NCBI RefSeq assembly: GCF_001194135.2
Contig: NC_068981.1
Coordinates: 57,535,272 to 57,599,271, forward strand
Reading direction: 5' to 3'
Origin: Octopus bimaculoides
Lineage: Eukaryota
Length of the DNA: 64,000 nt
A program made the position numbers and the translations under genes. Under the pieces are notes generated by a model. That model was not told the origin of the DNA, did not search any database, and saw nothing but the letters and a program-made list of their open reading frames with translations. This document shows positions 24,111 through 36,200 of this stretch, in pieces. Each line of letters begins with the position of its first letter. Position 1 is the stretch's first letter.

Positions 24111-27100
24111 CGTGTATGTGAAATTGATGAATACAATTTACAATAAAAAAACACTCACACACACACACACATACACACAGACACAAAAGAAAATATCCCA
24201 AGAACACACACACAAATATACATGCACACAAAAGAAAAAAATCATAAATATACACACACGTCTGCACACACACACACACACACACATGCATTCACACAGA
24301 CATACACACAAAAGAAAACATCATAAAATCACACACAGACACACACCTCTGCACACACATACACACAGGTGGACATAAAACTCATTCAATAAATGTTTTT
24401 AAGCTACTCCCTTGACAGGAGCCCACAGAAATTCTTTTTAGACAATAGACAACTACACACCCTCTCTAACACCTTGAACTCAATACCAAACTATATTTAA
24501 AGACTTCAACAAAAAAACTCCAGACATGCTTTGACCCCCTGTTTTTACTTCAAATTTTTATAAATTTTTACTAATATTTGATAAGATAAGATTCCTTATT
24601 GAAAACAGTAATATTCTATATCAAATATGGTTTGCATCTTTCTAGGATCCTCTGCTCTATACTGTACTCCGTGGTGCTTTCTTTCAAAGTCCAGATGTTC
24701 TTGGTTAGGGTTGTGGTGTTACATCTCTCTGAGCTGTTGAATGGGGACTTGTGGTTATTAAAGCAGGTTCTGAAGAGGCCTTCCATTGCTCCATGGTACA
24801 TGGCAGTGAAACATGGGCCATGACTGCTGAGGACATGCGTAAGCTCGCAAGAAATGAAGGCAGTATGCTCTAATGGATGTGTAATGTCAGTGTGCATACT
24901 CGAAATTACACATCCATTGTGTAAGTACCTTGAGAGAAAAGTTGGATCTAAGAAACATCAGTTGTGGTGTGCAAGAGAGACGATTGCACTGGTATGGTCA
25001 TGTGGTGAGAATAGATGAGGATAGCTGTGTGAAAAAGTGCAGTTGAGGGAACCTGTGGAAGAGGTAGACCCAGGAAACCTGGGATGAGGTGGTGAAGCAC
25101 GACCTTCGAACATTAGGCCTCACCGAGGCAATGACTAGTGACCGAGACCTTTAGAAATATGCTGTGCGTGAGAAGACCTGGCAAGTCAAATGAGACCATA
25201 ATCCAAGGCCTCTGCCAGGGCTGTAGCTAGCCCACTTATGCATACCTTTCCTTCATTGGACACTAAATTCTGCTTGCGAAGACCTGTTGAGGCAAATGAA
25301 ATCGAAATCAAACCAAATTCGACGACTGGCACCCATGCCAACCTTTCCTTCATTGGACACTAAACTCTGCCTGTGAAGACCTGTTGGGGCAAGTGAAATC
25401 GAAATCGCAATTGAACCGAATTCGATGACTGGCACCTGTGCCAGTGGAGTGCTAACAGCACCATCCAAACATGATCATTGCCAGAGCAGCTGTCTGGCTT
25501 TCATGCCGGTGGCACATAAATAGCACCATTTGAGTGTAATCGTTACCAGCGTGCCAGTGGCACATGAAAAAATCATTCGAGCGAGGTCGTTGCCAGTGCC
25601 ACTGGACTAGCTTCTGTGCAGGTGACACGTAAAAAACACCATTTTGAGCGTGTCTGTTGCCAGTACCGCCTGACTGGCTTTTGTGCCGGTGGCAAGTAAA
25701 AGCACCCACTACACTCTCGGAGTGGTTGGCATTAGGAAGGGCATCCAGCTGTAGAAACTCTGCCAGATCAAATTGGAGCCTGGTGCAGCCATCTGGTTCG
25801 CCAGTCCTCAGTCAAATCGTCCAACCCATGCCAGCATGGAAAGTAGATGATAAACGATGATGATGATCATGATGACTTCATTAAACATTCAAATGATAGG
25901 GTAGTCAATTAGTAACTGCCTCATTGGCTAATACAAAAATATTATCCTAGTGGTTACTGTTATAAGTAACTGCTTCTTTGAGACATTTTTGATGAATAAA
26001 GTGATTCATAAATCACTATTTCAAATTCCCTTGGTGGTGGTGGTGATAGTCGTCATAAAATAAATAATGATGGTGTTGCTATTGATAAAAGTAATAAAGG
26101 TAATGATAATGACCATACTTACAATGTATCTACCTTCAGCACATGCATATATAAGCATAACAGACTTGTTAATTCCATTGCACAGACTTTTTAAACACCT
26201 ACATGCTGAATCAAATAGTTCTGAAAACAAAAAAAAAAAAAAAAAAAAAAAAAGATAATAGTAATTCATTTCAAACATAAGCTAACTTGACATATAAAAA
26301 TTTATTAATTTATTTCATAAAGTTTGTGACTGACTAACATACAATGAATTAAAGTCAATGCTATTGTAATTATGGTTTCAAATTTTTTGATGAAATTTTG
26401 ATGAGGTATCTGCTAATTTTTAGAATGACATTGTAAGGTTGGTGTGAGAAGCCAGATCTAGCCAGTATGGACATAAAATAGGTAGAATATTTTGGCTGGA
26501 TATAGCCAGTTTAAATGCTAAAGGGTTAAGGGTTAGGGTAAGTCAGTTATATTGACCTAAGTGTTCAACTGGGACTTGTTTTATCAATTCCAAAAGGATG
26601 AAAGGCAAAGTTGACCTCAGTGGGATTTTAAACCTAGAACTTAAAATGCTGAGACAAATGTCACTAAGTATTTTGTCCAACTTGTTAATCATTCTACAAG
26701 CTCTCTGCCTTTATGCTATTGAAATTATGTGAACTACATTGCAATTGTGGCCTAGTGGTTAGGGGCATTTGGTTCATGATGATAAGGTCATTGGTTCGAT
26801 TCTTGGACTAGGTAGTGTGATGAGCCCTTGAGCCAAGCACTTCATTTCATGTTGTTCCAGTCTATTTTGTTGTAATGAGTATGATCCAGGGTGCTAGTGC
26901 AGCCCTCTCACCTTCCAGCTGTCACATCCTGGATATTCTGAGCTAATGGTGAGGGGACTGAGATGCTGTCAGTGTCTGCTCAAGACTACATAGACATGTA
27001 AAACAATTAGTAAAAACATGGTACATGTAATCACGCCATACATGCTCATGAGTGACATTTGGCTATACTTTTTATGATGCAACTGTATCCAGTAGTTATG

Positions 27101-30100
27101 TCTTAGATATTGCTTGTAAACAAGAATTTTGTAGATGAATGTTATTTTCATTTCACTTTTTCAGTCTTATTTGTTAATCCCGAGCAGTGTACAAACGTAG
27201 AACTAAAAAATATAATGAGCTGAGAGAAATAGCAGCAATGAAGGTAATCATAATCAACAGCTTACAATGTATCATACCCTGAAAGGAAAACTCTTTGTAA
27301 CTCTCCTTCAATATGTAAAAATCTCTGCTAGCTGATCAAGCAATCCCAAATTTGGCTAAGCTTCCCTGATAAGCTGCAACAAGACTGAAACATGCCAATA
27401 ACTGTCATCTTATTTGCTAACAAAGATCATATTTCCGTTAAGCATGTGAATTAAGTTTTGTGAAATAGATTTTTAATTTCTTGGGATTATGTCTACTTTC
27501 CTTTTAGTTTCATAACAATTACTACTAACTTTCTGTATTCTCAAAGTAGGAAACAATTTTCAGTTAATTGAAAGATTTTGTCTCTTTTACCTCTTTCATT
27601 CAGTGCATCACCACTGACTTGACAATACAAGCTCTATCACCAACACTCCCTTGCTTATTTCTTTCTCTTTCTTCTTCTCTCTGTCTCTCTATGTATATGT
27701 ATGTATGTACGTATGCATGCATGTATGCATGTATGCATACATGAAGGAAAACTTAATTGATCAATAAAATCTATTAACATATCAGCTATACTTCGTCCCA
27801 TGTAAAAAATAGTAGCCTTGATAAGATGACAAGTGCTATACAGCTTCAGGCTCAAAAGCAGCTTACACAATAAACAAATATGTGAAGGAAAAACATGGAG
27901 ATGCAGGTGAGAACTACACATGTTTCCAAAGTGGAAAAAATGTGCACCTGAAGAAAAGATGGACTACATTATAAATTATTAAATTATTTTAAATTCATGA
28001 TATGGATTTTTCTACTTTGAAAATGTGTGGTGCTTACATCCTCTCTTTCACATGCATGCATCCATGCATGCACATGCACACACACACACATTAGAACTAT
28101 GGTGCAATTAAATAAGATGTCTTAAAAGGAAAATGCAATTTCATAAATTTTTATACCTTCAATAACACAAAATTTGTGAAATACCTAAATACTCCAACTG
28201 GGTGTCAAATGTAGGTTGCAGATGTGGTTCAATCCTTAATCAATGTTAATATTAAAAACAGTAAAGAAAATATTAATGATAGCATCAGTTTTACCTGAGT
28301 TGGGACTTGAATGGAGAGCATTGGAAAAGATAGGGGTTTGACACTTTTGATTAATAAATATATGTTTGTCTGGATAAGCTTCTAGATTTTGATGCAGTAG
28401 AATTAAAATACAACACTGAAAAAAAAAAAAATAAATAAAAAATGATTAAAAGATAAAGTTTTATTTTTAAAGAAAATATCTGAGAAGTGAATTATAAAGA
28501 TATCAAAGACTATTCTTAATCTGAAGGGTCCTTTCAATATTGGGGATAATATAATGAAGAAAGACATGTATTAATAATAATTGTTTCTATTTTAGACAAA
28601 AAATAACCATCAATTTTGAGAGGAACAGCTTAGTCAATACCATCAACTCAATACTTGACTGGGACTTTATCTCTTTGACCTCGGAGGGATGAAAGGCAAA
28701 GATGACCTTAGTAGAATTTGAACTCAAAACACAAAGAGCTAGAAGAAATGCTGCAAGGCATTTTGTCTGATGTACTAATGATTCTAGTAGCTCACAGCCC
28801 CTTGTTATACTGATAATAAATATTAAGAGTTGCTACATGTTATTTATTTACAACTAGGTAGAAGGAACTATTGAGTGATATAAGTATCTTTGTTATAGAC
28901 AATCATAGTTCTAGTATCAGGATGTGAATCACAGACTCCTCAGACCATAGGTCAGCACCCTACCAACTATTATTAACCAACAGTATGAAAACTTAATCCA
29001 AGATATCTTGGTGAAATTACCTCTATTTGAATACTGGATACCAATGGATAAGTATACATGAGATTAATGATGACTTTTGCCATTTTCACATAAAGTTGTG
29101 AACTTAGGTCTTTTGACAAAACCAACTGCAGAAGATAGAGAGCTTTCCGTTGAATACCTGAAAAATTTTATTAGGTAAAATGTAATTACAATTTCAGAAT
29201 GCATGTACACAAAAACAAAAATTCATATTTATTCACAGACATATACGAACAAAAATTCCAAGTTAATTTAGAGTTTCAAAAATACATTAAATGTAAGAGA
29301 AACTGAAACAGTAACACATTAAACCAAATACATCTCAACATGTTTTGAATCTGAAATTTATTGGAATTCACTTTATACTTTATTCTTAGGGGTGATACCT
29401 GTAATATATGAAGGTTGAGTTAGTAGAGTACATACCTCCCCACTTTGAAAATTGGCAATATGTCAAATCAGAAGAAATCAATATTACAAAAAAAGTTTAG
29501 TTCTTAATGTTATATTGATTTTGGAAATGCATAGATTATTTTTGTAACAATTGTATTCCATAAAATTTAACCAAATGCTGATTTGATAAAATGAATACAG
29601 TGTTCATACAGTTGTGTGGTTAAGGAGCTCACTGTGAAACCACAGTCTCATTGCACAGCACCTTGGACAAGTGTCTTCTACTATAGCCCTGAGCTGACCA
29701 ATGCCTTGTGAGTGAATTTGGTAAATGGAAACTGTGTGGAAGCTATCACGTGTGTGTGTGTGTATGTATGGGTGGGGTCATTATGTTTGTGTTTATCATC
29801 CCTATACTACTGCTTGATTTGATTTTGATTATGTCCCCCCATAATATAGTAGTTTGGCAAAAGGAACACTTTTTCAGCAAAAACAAAGAACTTGATGAGG
29901 ATTGTACTGTTATCTTATGAAAGTTTCTTGTGCTACTTTTCAACAATATTGGTATTAATTAAGGCGGCAGGCTGGCAGAATCATTAGCATGTCAGGCAAA
30001 ATGCTTAGTGGCATTTTGTCTTTACGCTCTGAGTTCAAATGCCGCTGGGGTCCACTTTGCCTTTCATCCTTTCAGGGTTGATAAAATAAATACCAGTTGA

Positions 30101-33100
30101 GCACTGGGGTCGATGTAATTAACTTATCCCCTCCCCTGAAATTGCTGGCCTTTGAAACTAATATTGGTATCAAGTTGATACAAAAGATATTCAAGCGTGC
30201 AGAAAGGTTTCTGTATTCTACTACATCTTTCAATAAAATTTCCTCTTGTTAGAAATCTCTAGCTTGTTTAATAAATATTTTGGTTTGGAATGAAAGCTTT
30301 TGTTAATTGTTGAGTTAGTCAGAATGATGTTGAGTTAGAGGTCAACCACCATAAAAGTTCAAGTAGTAGTTATTGCTTATTAATAATTAATTTTGAAATT
30401 GTGTAGGAACTAATAAATGTGACCACATAATATCACTGAAAAATACTTACACAGGTTCTCAGTAAACCTTGCCATAATATCAATAAATAATTTCACAATT
30501 CCTTCTTGTTGCAATTGTAAAAGGACCCCATCTAAAGAAAATATAAATAAAAAGTAAAATTTGTGCTGTGAACTTAATTGCACTTTACTGAATAAGTCCA
30601 TTATTAATAAGTTGTTCAATTAATCTGTTGGTTATTTTACATCATACAGTTATGTTATGTTAGAGTAATTGATTGTTGTATACTTCTTGTGTTCTAATAT
30701 AATTTTATATATAATATAATATATTATAATTTTGCTAATTTCTTTAGTTTTGATGCCATATCTTATCTAGCTATAGCTATTTTCTGAAAGTGAAACTGAT
30801 AAAAACATTTTTTACATAATCTTTAAATACATGTATAGCAATCCTCTGAGAAAAATAGAAACATAGACTAATTTTTCATATGTATGTTTACAATTAGCTA
30901 TTGCATAAACATATATAGTGTGTGCACAAACACACTCACATATGCAACAAACACTTCAGGACAACATTGAGAAGTGGCCAAGTTTACCTAATAGACTACC
31001 TGAAAAAACAATTGCTGTTTTACTCAACTGTCAAACAATACAGACCAGACCTAAGAAAAATACAACAAAAATTGCTTACCAGACTTAGAGGCTACAGTCA
31101 AAACCTCCAGTGCTGATTCTTGGATTAAAACATAGTCAGAAAACTGTTTCATTGCACTTATGATATTGTAAAAACTACAGTAATTTTCTGTGGACAGAAC
31201 TTTGATGTCTGGAAAATAAAAACCAAGAGAACCATAACAGTATGTTCAAATGCACAAAACTGTATACATTAAAATTACAATAAATAAAAGTCAAAAGTAA
31301 ATCTCAAAACGATGTCATAACAGTTACGAACCACATTATCCTCACCACTGCATTTATTATTAACAGCACCTTCTTATTTTGCATGCATATTTTTACACAT
31401 TGATTGAAGTTGTTCTAAGTCTCTTCATATTGATAGCCAAAGTATCTTTTTTAAATAAATTACTTGCAGACAAACTAAATAATTCCATCTGCATTTATAT
31501 TTCATTTCACTATTGTTTCACTAATTACACTGGTCAACAAAAAAAGATTTTTGAAATGATGTTGAGACACCAAACAACTTTTTAAGCTAATTTGAGGGCG
31601 CTGAATCTGAAAATGACCTTACTTTTTCTTGGTTAGCTACCGTTTTTGCAGTACAGAAATTTCTCATTTTTGGGGAAAAAAAGCATTTTTTTCATTTGTT
31701 TTCTGTATATTTGATAATTGATTAATGGCAATATTTCTCAAAGTAAAATCTTAGCAAGCTAAACTAATCATCCTCATCATCAAGATCCTTAACTGATGCC
31801 GTCAGTCACTGGAGTACCATTCTAAATGTTTTTGCAACCAGTGGTCCCCACTGGTCTCTGTTCTCTATCATGCATAGCAAGTTTGTAGCAGTGTGACCTG
31901 TCCAGTCCTTGATGCTGTCAAACCAGGATTTTCTGTGTCTACCTATCTTTCACCATCCCTCAACTGTGTCCTGAAGAATGGTTTTGGGCAGTAAGTTGTG
32001 GTGGGATATGTGCCAGTACCGTGCAAGCTTCCATCTTTTTACCTGTGCAAGGAATTGGTTCCAGTCTGCTAATGTATTTGTGTGTTCAGCTACAAACAAT
32101 ACCTTTTTTTCGGCAGCAGCATCTTTAAGGATAGATAAGCACACTGATTTTCACCTGACTCTCATTTTTGGCTCCAAGACCATTCTCATCCACACCTTGG
32201 TAATTACTTCCACTGACAAGCTAAACTAAATAATGGACTGGATGCTTCAAGAAGACATGAGCATCACCAGGCATTTCTAAAATGCTATAGAAGACACTTA
32301 GTTAAGACTTACATCAGAATATTCCATAAATATTCCTTATTTTCAAAGGTGTATGCATGTATATTTTTGTGCATGTCCATGTATATGTATGCATGCTGTA
32401 GGTATGTAGCAATATTTTCACAAGTTTATCTGATATGAGACAATAACAATGAAGTTAAACATACTGCATTCTAAAAGATTTGCCAGTACACACATTGCTT
32501 CCATCAAAATGGCAGGATTGTCGATGAATGATGTAAACAGGTTTTCAAACAATTCTTTAATACATATATACTGGGTAATCTGCAACCTTTCGTTATAAGG
32601 TCTGAAATAAAACAGAGAGAATGAAAAAGAAAGGCATCGGCAGGGCAATGTATACTCTGCACACAGATAAACATTTTCACAAATTACAGTGTGACATACA
32701 ATGCATTGCTTACCCATGCTTTTTGATTGAATAGAATTTTTTCTTCATTATAGGTATTTATACTCCGGTGAAATTAAGAAATCAACTCATAAATAAATGA
32801 AACCCTTGAATCCATCAGTGTACACACACACACACGCACACACAGAGTCGCATATGTATGTATGCATGTATGTATGTATGTACACATATGTCTATGCGCA
32901 TAGATACACCATGATCTATACACACACAGATGGGGGTCAATTCATATGAAAAAGAAAGTGAACAAAATAATATGACCACTTGCTTATTGGGAAATTTGTA
33001 AGTTCAATTAAATTTTTTTTTTTTAAGTATCATACTTATTTATACTCTAGTGGAATTAAGAAATCAAGTCATAAATGAAATATCACCATTATAGGTATTT

Positions 33101-33175
33101 ATACTCTGGTGAAACTAAGAAATCAAATTGTAAATAAGTGAAACCCTCAAATCCATCACTACACACACACATGCA

Positions 33176-33206
<31 letters not shown>

Positions 33207-33230
33207 GCATGCACACACACACACATGCAT

Positions 33231-33264
<34 letters not shown>

Positions 33265-36200
33265 TCACATATATATGTCAGTATTTATGTATCTATGTAT
33301 GTATGTACACACATATGTCTATGCACATAGGTACACCATGATCTATACACATGCAGATGAGGGTTGATTCATATGAAAAAGAAAGTGAACAAATAATATG
33401 ACCACTTGCTTATTGGAAAATTTGTAAGTTTGATTTCTAAAAAAATTTTTTTTTTCTTAAAAGATTATCAAACCAAATATTCGTCATTTTGAGCCGCTCA
33501 CCCAATGAGTATTTCTGCCAAATGTAGTGAAAATCCATTCAGCTTTTTTCCAGTAATTTTGCAAACAGACAAAGATGAGTGATTACAATACCCTGCTTTC
33601 GCTTATATGCACAGGGTAATGCAAAGTTATTTCACATTTATATACATAACAAAGTTGGCTGGTTTTCTCTTTTGCTGTTATGTCAGATAATAAAGGACTA
33701 TACCATGTGGTGAAATGTGTAAGATCTGTCCAACCTATACCAGCATAGATGAGTGGATGTAGGATAACAGTTACCAACATTTCTTATCAGACTCTCCCCT
33801 CTCTTTCTCTCTCTCTTCTAGTTACGTATCATTCTATTTTATTCAAACTCCCCATCCTCTGCCCATCTCTTGTTCCACACTCTCCAATACTTTCCCTCTC
33901 ACACTTCAGCCTCTCCCTTCTACCCTCTATGTCTCATTTCTCTCCCAAGAACTACTTATATCATTCTATAACTGACTTTAACAACGTAGTTTGTAACTGA
34001 GAGCCTTCACAAGGAAGATTCAGACACCACAAGCTGCAATGAATGCAGTGATGATGGCACTCCAGTGATAGTGGCCTCTCTTGTGATAATGTTATAATAA
34101 AACACTAAAAAATAACTGATTTAATAGAAACACTAACCGCAGAGGAAGCAGTGATCCTAAGTAAATGCCCAAAGTTTGATATAGCTGTAGGTTCCCAGAA
34201 CATAAAATCATTACACCCATATCTACAGTGCACTGCTATGAATACATAAACTTAGACTCTAACCATATGAAGGAGAATTCTGCAAACTGCTTGCAGTGAA
34301 AGAATTTTTTAAGAACAAAGTCAAAAGATAATGCCAAGGCCTGTTAAGAACAATAAAGTTTAACCACTCACCAACCAGAGAGCCAGAGAGAAATCCATCT
34401 TTAACCCCCTAAAGAACAAGAACTGTATGTACCTACCATCAGACAGGGGTGGTGGAAGGTGAAGAATTATGTGTGCATGACAAAATACCTTCAAGAAGGC
34501 AGCCCTGTCCTACCTATTACAGAATGGTACACACACCTAATGTCATAGCACCACTGTGAACAGAATGGAAAACCATTGCAACAGTCTTATAGAAGAGCAT
34601 ATCCAGAAGTATGCAACTCAGGATGTACATATACAAAATTTTTATACTATACAATTGCTCTGTACTATGGTTCTATTAACTAATAAAAATCCACAAAGAT
34701 AGCATTGATATAAGATAATCTAAGGTATACTAAATCATTGCCAGCACCAAACCTTCAACAAAGCTCAGTACAAAGTTATTTACTAATTAAGGTTATCTTA
34801 TTTATATTTAACTATCTGTATATTTATCTGTCTATCATACTATGTAGATACCTGTTAATATACTATTTAACAATCTCTATCAATGCCACCTTCTCTCCTT
34901 GTATCCATCTATTTACTCTGACAATATGGATGAACATATAAACCTATTGAAAAACTTAACAACTGCACACCCAGCAACAAGGCACAGTTCAAGGCAATTT
35001 GCTAAGGTTATTAGTTATTTCACTTGAATTTAACTTTCTATCTTTCTACCAATTTATCTGTTGATATATCTTTCTATCCAGCTGTCTTCTCTAACATGAT
35101 TAAGCATTACAATGTATAACAAAACTCTTACAGTTTATTGTCTGTCACACTGTTTGACTATACAACATTTAAAAGTATTTACCTGCACATGCTATATTCA
35201 CAGTAAAGGGAATAGGAGACAAGTGACCTTTTAGCTGAAAAGATGCTATTTTATTTCTCTAATTATTACTCTTAATTGTCATTAAGTATCAAGCTAAACA
35301 TTTTGCCAACCATCTAAAGACAAAAGATATATGTACATTTTTAACATACCTGAACAAACAAAGTGCTCGCAGAGCTCTGCAGCCTGAGAGCACCACAGCA
35401 GCATTGCTTTGGTGATTCTGCATTATCTCTAAGATTTGCTGATAGGTGTTCTTTAGCATAAAAAGATCTGAAACTTGATCTGGTAATGAAAATAAATAAA
35501 TCACTGTATAAGAGAGTTGTTGAATATTGATACATGCATTTTTCATTTGAAAACTTTTATGGATTTTAACAATTTATTATAATTTTGATTGCTTTTTTTT
35601 AAGGACATTTTTTAGTTTGAAATTTAATGTTATAAAATGTACTGTGTAAAGTGATTGGTGAATGAGTGGAGACAACATAGGGTTGAAAGGATACTTTAGT
35701 CTTATTGAGGGTATGACACCCTTTCTAATGTAGGTGCCATGATAGAATACACCCAGAATACTCTATAAAATGGTTTGTGGTAGGAAGGGCATCCAACCAT
35801 AGAAACCAAGCCAAAAATGAAACAGACAAGCAAAATGTATTTCTCTGACCTGAGCAGGAGGACAGAAACTATGAATAAGTACTGAGTCAGATAGTAACAA
35901 TACACCCAACCCATTTCAGCATAGAAAGCAGACACAAAATGATATTTTAATGTGTAAAAATCAGAAGAAAAGAAATCTGGAATTGTATTTAAACTCAAAC
36001 TAAAGTTCAATAAATGAGAAAAAAAATTTTACAATTTCAATCAATTTGATTTTGAGGTTTTTCTTATTGAATTTTAGAATTTTATTTTTAATTTCAGTAT
36101 TTTAAATGCTTTTACTTTAATTTTTGCTTCCAGATTTTGGCTTATACTATTTTTAGATATATCAATTTAAAACTTTAAAAAATTTACAAAAACAAAATAG

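Noticed and set aside
26132-26133. GTAGAT donor inside exon 16
   Set aside because: Phase 1 clashes with exon 17; GTAAGT 11 nt further restores both frame and human spacing.
26745-26820. tRNA gene
   Set aside because: A and B boxes are present but there is no closable cloverleaf, and the sequence continues into a dispersed SINE body.
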